In this document: positions 34,712 to 48,663 of the stretch, piece by piece
Layout: every line of letters starts with the position of its first letter
Position numbering within the stretch: the first letter of the stretch is position 1
Source of the DNA: Carcharhinus longimanus
Taxonomy: Eukaryota
Length of the DNA stretch: 64,000 bases
NCBI GenBank assembly: GCA_030264375.1
Contig: JASCQW010000109.1
Coordinates: 43,896,666 to 43,960,665 of the forward strand
Reading direction: 5' to 3'
The notes under the pieces: generated by a model
The model's input: only the letters and a program-made list of their open reading frames with translations
Told to the model about the DNA's origin: nothing
Databases searched by the model: none
Made by a program: the position numbers and the translations under genes

Positions 34712-35905
34712 TGGGGCGGCACAGTGGTTAACACTGCTGCCTCACAGTGCTGGGGACCCAGGTTTGATTCCCAACTTGGGTCGCTGTCTGTGTGGTGCCT
34801 GCACGTTCTCCCCGTGTCTGCGTGGATTTCCTCCAGATGCTCAGCTTCTCTCCCACAGTTTGAAAGACGTGCTGGTTAGGTGCATTGACCTGAACAGGCA
34901 CCAGAGTGTGGCGACTAGGGGATTTTCACAGTAACTTCATTGCAGTNNNNNNNNNNNNNNNNNNNNNNNNNNNNNNNNNNNNNNNNNNNNNNNNNNNNNN
35001 NNNNNNNNNNNNNNNNNNNNNNNNNNNNNNNNNNNNNNNNNNNNNNNNNNNNNNNNNNNNNNNNNNNNNNNNNNNNNNNNNNNNNNNNNNNNNNNNNNNN
35101 NNNNNNNNNNNNNNNNNNNNNNNNNNNNNNNNNNNNNNNNNNNNNNNNNNNNNNNNNNNNNNNNNNNNNNNNNNNNNNNNNNNNNNNNNNNNNNNNNNNN
35201 NNNNNNNNNNNNNNNNNNNNNNNNNNNNNNNNNNNNNNNNNNNNNNNNNNNNNNNNNNNNNNNNNNNNNNNNNNNNNNNNNNNNNNNNNNNNNNNNNNNN
35301 NNNNNNNNNNNNNNNNNNNNNNNNNNNNNNNNNNNNNNNNNNNNNNNNNNNNNNNNNNNNNNNNNNNNNNNNNNNNNNNNNNNNNNNNNNNNNNNNNNNN
35401 NNNNNNNNNNNNNNNNNNNNNNNNNNNNNNNNNNNNNNNNNNNNNNNNNNNNNNNNNNNNNNNNNNNNNNNNNNNNNNNNNNNNNNNNNNNNNNNNNNNN
35501 NNNNNNNNNNNNNNNNNNNNNNNNNNNNNNNNNNNNNNNNNNNNNNNNNNNNNNNNNNNNNNNNNNNNNNNNNNNNNNNNNNNNNNNNNNNNNNNNNNNN
35601 NNNNNNNNNNNNNNNNNNNNNNNNNNNNNNNNNNNNNNNNNNNNNNNNNNNNNNNNNNNNNNNNNNNNNNNNNNNNNNNNNNNNNNNNNNNNNNNNNNNN
35701 NNNNNNNNNNNNNNNNNNNNNNNNNNNNNNNNNNNNNNNNNNNNNNNNNNNNNNNNNNNNNNNNNNNNNNNNNNNNNNNNNNNNNNNNTGCTGGTTAGGT
35801 GCATTGACCTGAACAGGCACCAGAGTGTGGCGACTAGGGGATTTTCACAGTAACTTCATTGCAGTATTAATGTCAGCCTACTTGTGACTGATAAATAAAA
35901 CTTTA
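34712..35905 (+). mobile_element. shark tRNA SINE split by an N gap
   Basis: SINE sequence on both sides of the gap (34947-35788), with ~77 nt duplicated across it. Confidence 0.75.
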
Positions 35906-36283
35906 ATCCTAGGAACATAGGATTGAGAACAAGAGTAGGCCATTCAGTCCCTAATCTGATAGTAACCACAAATCTGCATCCTGCCTACTCCTGTGCTTCA
36001 AGTACTGCTTTGGAATATTTTATTTCCACCTCAGTAATAGGTGGGGTCTTAATTTGACATTAGCGGAGGTACTGCCTCACAAAAACAATGCGTCACCCCT
36101 TCGGTGCACTGATATGTCACTCTACACTGTGCTCAGGTTCTGAAGTTTGGCTTCAATCCACAATCTTCGGATTCAGAGACAAGACTGCTGTCAGTCAATC
36201 TGATGCATATGTAGTGAAACTTATATTTATGTATGATGAGTTTAACTAGTTACAATGCATAAATTGATTTAGATAAAATTTAC

Positions 36284-36337
36284 CTCTAAAAATACTCCAG
36301 TAATTAATGGATTAAGAACCTCTACCTTCTCTTTAGC
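36284..36337 (-). CDS. FAM114A2: FAM114A2 coding exon 12 (AKEKVEVLNPLITGVFLE)
   Basis: 54 nt, AG/GT, phase 0-0. Confidence 0.93.
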
Positions 36338-36786
36338 CTGCAAAGAAAACAGAGCAAGATGTTTTGTGTGTGTACACTTGCACAGAAAACCTTCAAAGGT
36401 AATTATTGGAAGGACAGTAATAACATATTACGAAAACCAAGTCATAACAAAGAAACAGGTCACATATAACTCGTCTCACCAAATGGAGAGTGTAATCCTG
36501 ACCATAGGCTTCATCATCACTGCCAAGGAGTGAATGAGCACTTGCTGCAGAATCAGATTAACATTTAATTTTGTTTCCCCTTTCCCAAGTTACGAAATTC
36601 CAGTAATGAAGCTCACTTAACAAAACATCCCAAATATGACAAGCTGACTGAATCTCGCTGGATGTAACCCACAGCCATCTGCTTGGGACATTAATGTTGT
36701 CATTTCTGTACCACATCTCCAACCACCAACAGATTTTATAGTTCTATTTTAAGTTCTGCATCAGAGGAAGAAACTCAATTCCTTAC

Positions 36787-36859
36787 CCCCATTCTTGTCA
36801 AGCAGGAGGTAAATTGTTTAGAAAGAACAGCCACTTCCTTACACAAGGCAACAGTCACT
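36787..36859 (-). CDS. FAM114A2: FAM114A2 coding exon 11 (VTVALCKEVAVLSKQFTSCLTRMG)
   Basis: 73 nt, AG/GT, phase 2-0. Confidence 0.93.
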
Positions 36860-37218
36860 CTGTGAACAGAAAATGGAATTAAAAAAATGTTTAACAATTC
36901 AAAAGAAATATAAAAACATCTGCCCTTGAAATTTTCCCAGGTCATTCTCTCTTCCTCCTGACCCTAAAAAAGTATTTTATCTTTTTCCACTATCGTCCAT
37001 TTGGGAGTGAGGGATAATCCAACATAGGGTAATAAATGAGAAGCGTAAGAAAAAGATGGACATTATCAGTTTGCTTCCAATTGTAAGCTGGAATGCTATT
37101 GTGGTACATTCCAGAAATTGTGATGCGGTTGACATTTTAGCATCCCAGGTTGTCTCCGAAAGCATTTGGTCATTCATAAGATGGAAAATGATGCCAAAAT
37201 TACATTTTTAAAGGTTAA

Positions 37219-37360
37219 GGGTGGAATTTTACTGTCGTGCCCGCCACGGGAATTGCAGTACGCAGGACATGGACCATGCAAAAGATCCATTGACCTGGGA
37301 TGGGATTTTCTTGGAAAAAAATCCCACACTTGGAGACGAGTATGGCCAGAAAATCCCACC
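37219..37360. mobile_element. MITE-like element
   Basis: GGGTGGAATTTT ... AAAATCCCACCC TIRs flanked by TAA/TAT. Confidence 0.55.
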
Positions 37361-37509
37361 CTATGTGTTAAGCCATTTCTGATTTTAGTGCCCTTTCCAT
37401 AATAGATAGTCCAAATTTGCATGCAACACGAAGTGGTTTAACCATCCTTTTGTATAAGTGTTCCACTGTTTCTTTACTTTCTATGTCCCTTTTTATAAAA
37501 AATATAACT

Positions 37510-38190
37510 AATATAAATGACAAATAACAGTGGACCCAGTACTGATCCCTGAGGCACACCACTGGTCACAGGCCTCCAGTTTGAAAAACAATTCTCTACA
37601 ACCACCCTCTGGCTTCTGTCAAGAAGNNNNNNNNNNNNNNNNNNNNNNNNNNNNNNNNNNNNNNNNNNNNNNNNNNNNNNNNNNNNNNNNNNNNNNNNNN
37701 NNNNNNNNNNNNNNNNNNNNNNNNNNGATATATCCCATCTCAGTATGGCCAAGATGTTTTCCCTAATCAAAAGTGCAACTTCCCCTCCTCTCTTACCTCC
37801 TGTTCTATCTTTCCCATAGCATTTGTACACTGGAACATTGACCTGCCAATCCTGTCCCTCCTTGGCCGTGTTTCAGTAATTACTATAATATCCGAGTCCC
37901 ACGTACCCATCTTGTGCCCTGCGTTCATCTGCCTTGCCTATCTGGTTTCTTGCATTGAAATAAATGCAGTTTAATCTGGACTTCCCTTGCTCCTCACCAG
38001 CTCCCCGCCCCCCCCCCNNNNNNNNNNAAACTAGTTTCCTCCTGAGTGGTTCTAGCAAATCTCCCCAATAAGATGTTAGTCCCCCTCCAGTTCAGGTGTA
38101 ACCCGTCCCTCTTGAACAGGTCAGCTCTTCCCCAGAAAAAATCCCAATGATCCAAAAATCTAAATTCCTGCCCCCTGCACCAGCAGTGCA
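37510..38190 (-). mobile_element. CR1 LINE fragments around gaps
   Basis: [20 protein letters not shown] (RT); DRTGGKRGGEVALLIRE (endonuclease); LFKRDGLHLNWRGTNIL (ORF1 esterase end). Confidence 0.85.
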
Positions 38191-38479
38191 AAATGCACAA
38201 CAGCAAATCAACATCACATTTCATACTTTGTCTTTAATAGAAAATTTCAGGCTAAGTATAAATGGGCTGTCAACTAATAACTAGCCAACTTCAGCAATTA
38301 TGTGTTTGTTTCCTCAGCTCATTCTATTCCTCTACTTCGCTACAGCATCTAGCGACATATCTGGGAATGAAGCTCACAATATTCCATTTGAAATATATGC
38401 ACTTTAACTTAAAAATACCAAGCACATCTTCTAAACTATCACAACTTTCATATAACAGAAAATTCTAGAAATACTTAGT

Positions 38480-39540
38480 CAGGAAGTATTTGTGTGGAGA
38501 GAAACAGCAAACATTTCAGGTCAATTACCTTTTATCAAAACTGGAAATAATTAGAAATGTAATAGATTTGAAGAAGCTGGAAGAGGGGTGGGCTGAAAAA
38601 AGGGAAGATCTATGATATGAAAGAAGAGTTGGGTGATGGAAGCTAAAGGGAGTGGTAATGGAACAAGTAAAGAAACAAAAAGTGTGTCTCGAAGAAACGT
38701 GAAAGGGAGAATGATAAAAACTGCTGTCCGAAAACAAAAACAAGAGAAAACAGATGAAAACCAAATGCTACAAAGCAAAAGGGAACAAATTGCGGCAGAG
38801 ATTGAAATTGTTGAACTCAATGTTGAGTCTGAATGGCTGTAAAGTGTCTAATTGAAAGACGTGCTGTTAGTTCTCAAGTTTGTATCGTGTTTGAATGCTC
38901 AATCTGATGTGAACATTGTAGGAGATCGAGGACAGAGGCTGGCATGAGAGCATAAATTCAGGGTCATGTTCGTGAACTGAAGTGTGGTGTTCTGCAAAAC
39001 TGTCATCCAATCCATGTGTGGTCTCCCTAAAGTAAAGTCCAACTGCATTTTAAGTAATGAACACAGTACACTAAATTGACAGAAAAACATAAATCACAGT
39101 TTCACCTGGAAGGACCATTTGGAGCCTTGACGAGTGATGAGAGAGTAGATAATAAGACAGGTGTTGCATCCACTGCTCTTGCATGGAAAGGAGACATGGA
39201 AAGGGACAGAGAGTTTAGAGTGATGAGGGCTGGACCAGGGTCTTATGGAGGACATGGGCTCGTCAGAACACAAAGGAGGAGGAGGAGGAGGAGGAGGAGA
39301 GGGAAAGATGTGTTTTGATGTCACAGAAATGGTGGAGGATGACCTGTTCAATATGGAGGCTGGCGGGAATATGGTTCTGGGAGGGATGGGAAGAGGCAAG
39401 TAGGAAATGCACGATATAGTTGAGGGTCCCATCAACAATGGCAGAGAGAATTCTAGATTGAACAAAAACAGAAGACATATCAGAAGCACAAGAAAAGATG
39501 CGATGGAGATAAAGGAACTGTACTGAAATGGGGTCATTAT
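38480..39540 (-). mobile_element. Penelope-like element fragment (GIY-YIG region plus 3' pseudo-LTR)
   Basis: FPCKSSGCNTC..QGSKWSFQVK on the minus strand; decayed hammerhead near 38510-38545; (GGA)n insertion. Confidence 0.7.
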
Positions 39541-39574
39541 AGGAAATGAGCCTGAGGATGTGGAATCCCCTAGT

Positions 39575-40780
39575 TAAATTATCCTTTTTGTAGGGTACCT
39601 GGAATATTCCTCATTCCAGTCCTACCTGGAATCCCTTCTCTCCTTTTTTCCTGGTACATCGATGACAGTATTGATACCATTTCCAGCTCTTGCCTTCAAC
39701 TGGCAAAATTTCAACTAATATGCTTCTAATTTCTACACGTTTCTTGCCTCCACATTGAGCACTTGTCTTTCCTTCCTCAACTTTTCTGTTGTGATTTTCA
39801 CAGTTATGTCATCAATCAATATTCACTGCAGGCCAAGGTGACTCCCACAACTCCTTGACCACACTGCTTCTCACCTTACTTCCTGTAACAATTATTCGAT
39901 TCTTTCAGCTATCCATCTCTGTCACACCTATTCTAAGATACAATTATCCATATCAGAACTCTGTATATGCCTCTTATATTCTCAACTAAGGAATCATCCC
40001 ACCCCATCATGGTTGACAACATGACTGTGTCCATCCCATTTCCAGCAGTTCTGCACTCACCCTTTCTCTTCCTTCTCAGAACCATGTCCTTGCTTTCTTC
40101 CCCACCAGGCTCCATATCCAACTGATCATCCTTCGCCATTTTCCAGCACAATGCTGCCACTAAATGCATCTTCCCCTTCCCTCCCTTTCCAGCATTTTGA
40201 AGGCACTGTTTCCTCCTCAATCCCTCCCAGCTGCACTTTTCCACGCAAGTGCATTTCACTTCATTTTACTTTTTCACTCCTCACTGTTCAAGGCCCCAAA
40301 TACTCCTTCCAGGTGAAACAATGTTTTGTGTGTACTTTGTTCAATTTAGTACACCGTATTCATTGCTCACAATGTAATCTACTCTACATAGTGGAGACTA
40401 CTTTGAGTGCCTGCTTTAATAGTCAATGTGCATTCCTGACTGGAGCTTTCCGTGGTCTTTCATTTTCGTTCTCCATCTTGCTCTCACACAGACTTCGCTG
40501 TCCTGGGCCTCCTGCAGAATTCCAGTGAAACTCAACGCAAGTTCGAATAACAACATTTCATTTTTCAGTTAAGTACTTTATAGTCTTTTGGACTCAGCAT
40601 TAATTTCAACAACTTTACATTGAAATCTCTGCACCAATACCAATACCAGCTGCGGGTGAGGTTGGAGAATCCCAGCTGAAATATTAACTCAGCTTCTCTG
40701 TCTCCACAGCTGATGCCAGTCCTGCTGAAAATTTCCTGCATCTTTGGTTGACATTTAAGATTTCTGCAGCATTTTACTTC
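39575..40780 (+). mobile_element. Penelope-like element fragment (RT YIDD plus GIY-YIG)
   Basis: YIDD at 39655-39666; VQGPKYSFQVKQCFVCTLFNLVHRIHCSQCNLLYIVET. Confidence 0.75.
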
Positions 40781-40802
40781 TGTTAAAGTTAAAATCTCAT
40801 AC

Positions 40803-40942
40803 TTAGACAGAGTTTTGGCAGAGTCCAGTGCGCCCACATCTTTCTCCTGACTATGAAGAACGAGTACTGCCACTTTATGGAACTGTTCAATGGATTGAGC
40901 AGTGAGTTCTGCCAGGCTTCTGACAGCATATGCATGGATATT
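40803..40942 (-). CDS. FAM114A2: FAM114A2 coding exon 10 (NIHAYAVRSLAELTAQSIEQFHK...KTLS)
   Basis: 140 nt, AG/GT, phase 0-2. Confidence 0.95.
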
Positions 40943-41297
40943 CTGTGAACCACATAAACAAATGATAAATTTTGAGGTTAGAACAAGCACTGTCCTGACT
41001 TTTGCCCCGCAATGAATTCAGATATTTAAAAGCAAGAACAGTTAAACCAAAATATGGTTTGCTTATTAGGTAGCAAGATTTAATGACACAGATTCTGATT
41101 ACAAATCATTGTTTTCCCTGTTGCATACCATGCAGCAGGAAATGGGAAAGTACCGAATCACATATGTAAATACAATGGATGTTTTTCAAGATGCGTAATT
41201 TGTTTGTTTGCAATACAAGGATACTCTGTTGGTGTGTATGTGTTGCAAGACTGCGTGGACAATTAAAGAACTGTTCTGCACGTTCTGTCCAACAAAT

Positions 41298-41603
41298 GGT
41301 GGCATGGCAATTAGCACTGCTGTCTCAATGCCAGAGTCCCGGGTCCAATTCCAGCCTTGGGTCCCTGTCCATGTGGAGTTTGCACATTCTCCCCATGTGT
41401 CTGCGTGGGTTTCATAGAACATTACAGTGCAGTACAGGCCCCTTTCCTCCGGGTGCTCTGGTTTTCTCCCACACTCCAAAGACGTGCGGGTTAAGTTGAT
41501 TGCCCCTTAGTGTCAAGGGGTTAGCAAGGTAAAGAAGTGAGGTTATGGATGGGATTGTGGTCAGTGCAGACTCAATGGGCCAAATGCACTGTAGAGATTC
41601 TAT
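41298..41603 (+). mobile_element. HE1-like SINE
   Basis: Typical head and CR1-type tail. Confidence 0.75.
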
Positions 41604-42580
41604 GGTAACATGCTCACTTAATAAGCAATGCATACTGCGTGTGTTTGCTGAATGTATTTCTAAGCACTTGTGTGAACAAAACAATAAATATGCACAGACT
41701 TACTTCACTGGGGACATCATCAGCAATGAGTCATTAAGCAGAGCCATTTTCTTGTTACGATATTCAAATACCACTGCATCAATAACCTGCTGACTCCCAA
41801 TTTATTCAGTAAGCCTGTCTAAGCCAGCAATTATATTGAGCCAGAATTTGCTATCAGCTGGACTCAGACTCTGGTTCAAACATGTTTTCGCCTACAAAGC
41901 TGCAGAAAATTCCAAGCTGACAAAGTGACAATGAGAAAAACAGACCATCTTGGATCAGAGTGTGCAGAGCAGCCTCCCCTTAACCAAAGCAATTTCAGGA
42001 CTGAGAAATAAACACAGGAAAGAACTAGGAGGAGGCAAATTCAATCTCAAAGCAGATAGAGTCAGAAATGAAGAAAGGGAAACAATGATTAAATTAAAAG
42101 ACAGGAAAATAAAAAGGAAAAGAAAGAACTTTATTTGTAAAATTTCCTCAAAAAATTCAAAACTTGAAGAAAAGAAAGAAACATCACCCTTATAACAGTT
42201 AATTTTCAATGTCAGGAGGTTGACTAACATTAATGCTTATTTCATTAAAAGGATATATTTATTTTACCCTGCTGTTAATTTGACAGTACAAAATAAGCCA
42301 GAATTTATTAACTAGTTGATATCCTCTGGCATTGCTTCTGCTCAAGTTTTTTTAAAAACGTAATTCAACAGACCTTAGTGACACTGACAGTTCTTATGCA
42401 AAAACCAGGTTCTGGGCCAAAATCTTGAACTCAGTAAATAAATCATTTTTTTTTAAAAAAAATGATGATTTTAACCACTTCATTTAGTTACATGTTTGAT
42501 TACAATCTTTAAGTAGCCAATCGTTTGGACTTAAACTTTCACTTGATATGGATATGTACTTTGTGATGTGTCAATTACAT

Positions 42581-43078
42581 TTGATTTATTATTGTCGCAG
42601 GTATTAGTATACAGTGAAAAGCATTGTTTCTCGCGTGCCTTACAAACAGAACATACCATTCACAGAGAAGGAAACAAGAGAGTGCAGAACGTAGTGTTTC
42701 AGTCATAGCTAAGGTGTAGAGAAAGATCAATTTAAGGCACGGTAGGTCCATTCAAAAGTCTGACAGCTGTTCTTGAGTCGGTTGGTACATGACCTCAGAT
42801 TTTTGAATCTTTTTCCCAACAGACGGTGAAAGAGAGAATGTCTGGGGTGCGTGGGGGCCTTAATTATGCTGGCTGCTTTGCCAAGGCAGTGGGCCTTGCA
42901 GACTTGGGCACAGCAGGACCCATATTAAGCTGTGATACAACCAGAAAGAATGCTTTCTATGGTGCATCTGTAAAAGTTGGAGAGTTGTAGTTGACATGCC
43001 AAATTTCCTTAATCTTCTGAGAAAATAGAGGCGTTGTTGGGCTTTCTTAACGACAATGTTGGCATGGGGGACCTGGAC
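42581..43078 (-). mobile_element. Rex1/Babar LINE 3' end
   Basis: KKAQQRLYFLRRLRKFGM..FYRCTIESILSGCIT on the minus strand; the tail also occurs at about 51950-52100 and 13892-13942. Confidence 0.85.
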
Positions 43079-43938
43079 ATGTCATACTGCTAATGACACT
43101 ATGCAACTCATAGGAAGAGCAATTTTGCAGGTGATTATGTAGTATTACCATAGTCTATTACTTAAACAGGAATACTCAGTCAGTATACTTGGCTTCATAT
43201 AGCAAGCTGTGACAGAATTGAACTCCTTGGAACCCTGTTCATCATCTGTTTCCTTATATAAAAACACTACAATGTGATGCTTTAACAAAATTCTACAGCG
43301 AGATTATGTGCTAATTTGGTAAAGGCTTTTTTTTTAAACTGCATTCCCTCTAAGGCAGTCTAGGCTGTAGTCTTACTGTGATCGTCACCAGTAGCATGCT
43401 AACAAGTGGTACGATCTGAGAAAAGCAATCCTAATTCTGTTACGAATGCTCTCTAAGTTTCCTTCCTTTGGCTTCAAAGCCATCATCAGCTTTGAAGCAG
43501 ATGTACAGTTTTGCTAAAATTTAAGAGATGTTGCTTGCTGGGACGATGGAGTTGGAACAACAGGTGGTCACATGGTCTAACTGAGAATCAAATGATCTGC
43601 TGCCTCAGCTACTGACCCGAAAAACACATTATGTTTAGTAATAACTGGCAGGCTTAGGTATTTGCAAAACATCTTTGGCTCCTATTTTAACCAAGATCTT
43701 AACTTAAGCAAGAGCTTAAATTGTGGGTGTGGCCATGCCGTATTCACAGTTAAACATTTTCCTGTAATATTACGGAAACAACTTGGAAGCTCACTAACCT
43801 CTTACAGAAATCTAGTTAAGGAAAGTAAAAGTTTATTTATTGGTCACAGGTAAGGCTTACATTTACACTGCAACGAAGTTACAGTGAAATTCCCCTAGTC
43901 ACCACGGTTCTCAAAGAATTTAAAGCAGCTTTCATTAC

Positions 43939-44088
43939 CTCAATTGAAAATTTGTGATCTTTGCGTGTGTCTTCAGGCACAGATCCCGCATTCTGCTCTT
44001 TCTTCTCTGGGTATTCTGACATCTCTACTGTTTCCACAGGTGAGATTGAATTTACTTCAGTTAAACGATCATGTGCATTCTGTCTGGC
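43939..44088 (-). CDS. FAM114A2: FAM114A2 coding exon 9 (ARQNAHDRLTEV...HKFSIE)
   Basis: 150 nt, AG/GT, phase 0-0. Confidence 0.92.
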
Positions 44089-44828
44089 CTGAAATAGATA
44101 CAAGTCATTAATTATTCAACACAACTAAAAAAAAAGTAGAAAATAACTATTCTTGAGTCTGAAGGTGAAGCAACACATCGAGACAGGGTAGAGGGATCTG
44201 ATGTACCTATGTTACAGCTGACTCAAGAATGCTTGGTACCTAAAAATGGGGAAGTATTCTCCTCCTCTAAAACCAATATAACCAAAACTGTGCTGATTAT
44301 TCCTTGGATCATTCAATGGGTCAGTATATTTCCTTGTTTCATAATCTCTTTGGCGGAATAAAACAAACAATGACTAAGACATGTTAAAAGGGTTTCTTGT
44401 CTTAAAGAAAAATAATCATTTAAAATGAAGTTACTTCTCAATGTTTAAAAGGTACACATCTCAAAACAAAAACAGATCTGACATTGCAAAGCTGATTCTG
44501 ATGAAGGGTCTGTTGAATGCTTCCAGTCTACTGTTTTATTTCTGTAACTTTTATTTGCTATTTAAGATACTAATATCTTCTTAGCAATTTAAAATATATT
44601 GTTTAAACACAGAATATTCATAGAATTTAGCACTATGGAAATAGGCCATTTATCTCACTGAGTGAGGGGTCAGGTCTTTCCATCCAATCCTTTAAACTTT
44701 TATTTTCAAATTTTGCCCATTCCCTTCCAACAGTTTTTGATAGACAATCCAAGTCCCGTCTGCATAAAAAGCTCCTAACCTCTTGTCATTCTTGAGATAA
44801 TAAATTTATACCTACTAGTTACAGTACA

Positions 44829-45150
44829 GCGGCACGTGGCAAAGCGGTTAGCACTGCTATCTCTCAGCGCCAGGGAGATGGGTTCAATTCTGGCCTTAAG
44901 TCACAGTCTGTGTGGTGTTTGTACATTCTTCCCGTGTCTGCATGGGTTTCCTCTGGATACTCCAGTTTCCTCCCACAGTCCAAAGATGTGCAGGTAAGGT
45001 TGATGGGTCAATTTAGCATGGCCATAGTGTTAGGGGGATTAGTGGGATAAACACGTGGGGTTACGGGAATAGGGATTGGGTGGGATTGTGGTCAATGCAG
45101 ACATGATGGGCTGAATGGCTTCCTTCTGCACTGTAGGGATTCTATGATTC
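44829..45150 (+). mobile_element. HE1-like SINE
   Basis: Full head-to-tail copy ending GGGATTCTATGATTCT. Confidence 0.85.
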
Positions 45151-45564
45151 TTATTGACTCCCCAGCCAACATTAATATTCTCCCATATTTAGTGTAGTGT
45201 AGAGATACTTTATAGTTTTGGTTATACCAGATTTTAGTTCTGAACACATTGAAATTTGAGTTTTTAATACCCAGGATTTCTTCTGGCTTTCAAAAAGTGT
45301 GCTAGCATAATAATAGTACATCCCATAAATAGTTACATGCAATGAACTCTGCAAAAGAGGCAAGAATGGCACATTTGTTCTCCAAAGCACAAAAGAACGA
45401 ACCTGCACTGAACCATTTCAAAAACTGAAAACCCTACTGTGTACACTGGCAAGAATGTCATTGCTGGATCATCACTCCATAGTATTTGAAGAAATACATC
45501 TCATGAAAAAGTACAGATTAAGTTAAATGGTTTTGATGATGCAGTCATATCAATATATACTCAC

Positions 45565-45650
45565 TTTGGCTAGTTTGTCAGATGTTGCAGTGATATTTAG
45601 CTCCGATAATAACTCAGTCAGTTCTTTCACAAATCCAGACCCATCATTCC
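45565..45650 (-). CDS. FAM114A2: FAM114A2 coding exon 8 (NDGSGFVKELTELLSELNITATSDKLAK)
   Basis: 86 nt, AG/GT, phase 1-0. Confidence 0.93.
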
Positions 45651-45809
45651 CTGCAAGGCCAAAGAAATTGTTGCAATTGGTAATCTATCTTAAAAAAATT
45701 ATTAGGGCAACACAGGAAAGGCAGTGTTGAATGTGCATTCCTATTTGCTCCAAGGGCATTAAAGGATCAATGCATTAAATGGCACTGAGATCGAGGGACT
45801 CCACTCACA

Positions 45810-46895
45810 TTATCACGATCCCAGTTGGTGTCACTATTGCGCAGGAAGATCCCAGAATGGAGCCCTGGTTCAAAAGATTGTAACTTTTACTTTTTCTTAG
45901 AAAATATGGAGGAACAGAGTCAGACAACCACTAATTAGTTTTAACAACAAGAAAAAAAATGATTGAACATGAAAAGTTTGATTATGATAGAATACTCCTT
46001 TACTCTCCTTTAGGTTCACAAATGCACACAATTTGCAAAAAGAACACCCACTCTGAAACCAAATGGCCAATGCCACTTAACCAACCTGTGGAATTTCTTC
46101 TCACAATAAGATGATTGTCGCAAGTATTTCCAAACTCCACTCAAAATTAAAACATGCTTTAAAATATTATTTCAAGCAATGCTTTCTATTAGCTGTTTGC
46201 ATTAAAAATCTGCTTCAGGTTTTCCAATTATCCTTTCAAACAAACCCCCACTCCACTTTTAACAAAGAAACCAGCACCAAGTTTATTATTATTGCTTCAA
46301 ACACTGGAAATAAGGATACCAAGCCTTACGACTGCTTCAGATACGTGGCTTGTTTGTAGCCAACCTCATCAGCTCTTCTTTTCCCAGGTCTGACTTTAAC
46401 TTTCATAAACAGTATCTTGTTCCCAAAGGCTGTTTCCTCTGTTCCTTTAACTCCAGACTTCTTGTAAACTTCTCTTTATTTCTCTAGTTTGCTTATTGGT
46501 TGTTCAGTAAGTTTCCTGCACTTGTTTTGTTCACCATCCATGGTATGGCTTTTGTTCTCACAAAGCTGAGATGTGCGCTCTCTAGCTTTCTAAAATCAAC
46601 TGCTATAAATTCAGTTAAAAACACAATCACAAAAGCTTTGCAACCCTACAGGTGCTCCTGTTGTTAACAATGACTTTATGTTTCTCCCAGCCTATTTTCT
46701 TTTCATGTCAAAATACTAAGCACAGTTTGAACTAAAATCAAAACCTCCACTTGTACAAACATTGTTGTCTAGTATGAATCTAACTATCTAAGTTTACCGT
46801 TCCTTACACAGCAACATTAAATTAAACCCATTATACCATATTCCTAACATAATACGAATATAGATAACTTAAAGCTGCCTTGGTTTTCCTGACAT
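45810..46895 (-). mobile_element. possible solo LTR
   Basis: Discrete ~1.1 kb block with LTR-like ends (TATCACGATCCC...CCTGACA); no ORF. Confidence 0.3.
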
Positions 46896-47219
46896 TCGTA
46901 TATCAGGTCTCAAATCACATTAGCCAGACCAAATGGGGGCAGTAAGTCCTTTCTTGAAAGGCAAATCAAATTGTTGGGTGTTTATAATATTTCAGTGATC
47001 TTCAAGGTCACTTTTTGATGTTGCTGACCCATAACTACTTGATTTAATTAATTCAGTTTCACAAGTTTCCATGGTATGATATAAACTCATGCACTGTAAA
47101 ACCAGGCATTTGCCTGCTAAGGCTACATGCAGCAAAACAACTTTAACAAGCCACCAGGTCCAAATGGAATACATCCTAGGTTGCTGAGGGCAACAAGAAT
47201 AACAAAAAAAAACTTGCAC

Positions 47220-48060
47220 CAGAATCTTCTCCTTGGCTATGAGTGGTACTAGAGGACTGGAGAATTACAGAAATTACACCCTTTTCAAAACAGAAGGGAA
47301 GAGTAAACCTAGTAACTGCAGGTTGCCAGTCTGATGTCAGTAACAGGAAAACCATTAGTGACTAGCACAGATTTGCTAATTGCAAATTGTGTCTGACTAA
47401 CCTGATTGAGTTATTTGACAAAGTAACAATGAAAGTTTAAGTTTATTTATTGTCACAAGTAGACTTACATTAACACTGCAATGAAGTTACTGTGAAAGTT
47501 GATGAAAGTATAGGAGCAGTGACTACGAAAAGCACAGGAAGATTATGCTAAACTTTTACAAATTCCTGGTTAGACTGCAAGTGGAGTATTGTAGTCATCA
47601 CGCTCTTGCAAAGATGTCTAAACCTTGTAAAAGGTACAGAGGAGATGTAATAGTAATAGTGTGATTCTAGGGACGAGAGATGTCAATTACATGAAAGATT
47701 GGTGAAGCTGCAATTGTCTCCTTTAGAGAAAAGAAAGTGGAGGAGGAATTTGTTAGAGGTATTCAAAATTGAAGGATTTTAATAGAACAAGTATCTCTGA
47801 CAAGGAGGTCAGTGACCAGAGTCATGGGGTATAAAATAATTCAACAAGAATGATAGACGGAAGGAGGAAAAATTATGAATTTTTATGAAAAAAAAAGAGA
47901 TGTGAAATACAATACCTGAAAGGGTGGTGAAAGCAGATTACACAGCAACTCTCAAAAGGAGCATGTACTTGAAGAGGACTATTTTTCAGGGGTTAAAAGC
48001 TGGGGAATGGGCCTAAGTTGGGCAGCTCTTTCACACATCAGGCATAAATAGACTTTCTGT
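47220..48060 (+). mobile_element. old CR1 LINE fragment with a SINE tail insert
   Basis: Decayed EDWR, SCLTNLIE and LEYC motifs. Confidence 0.6.
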
Positions 48061-48453
48061 ACTACAACCCTGGCTCCCAAGCTGCAATTTTTGCCATTAT
48101 TTAAGCAGTTCCTTCTATAATTCCTTTATTATTGGTGTGTGTTACACTATTATAATTTACTTTCAGAAGAAAGTGAAAGCCCAGTAATAAACAATTAACA
48201 ACAAAAAGTAAAGTTATGATTGCTCACATTTAAGAGTGAAAGGTTACTCAGAACAAACACAGAAAACCATCCCATTTTATTCTCTTAAATGAGGTTATCC
48301 TAACCTAATGTTAAAAAGTTACAAAAGGAGTTTATCAGGAATGTATAGTCAGCAACCAAATAAAAAGTTAGAAATCATTAATAATAACAAAAACAGAAAA
48401 TGGAGGAAATACCCAGCAGACCAGGCAGAAACAAAAGATCAATCTGAAACTTA

Positions 48454-48663
<210 letters not shown>

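Noticed and set aside
34906-35853. 290-315 aa ORFs in the track, and a 77 nt direct repeat across the gap
   Set aside because: The ORFs are runs of X from an N gap; the repeat is most likely overlapping contig ends within one SINE.
44498-44510. CTGATGAAGGGTC hammerhead-like box
   Set aside because: No GAAA or helix II partner follows; it is a deleted pLTR remnant.
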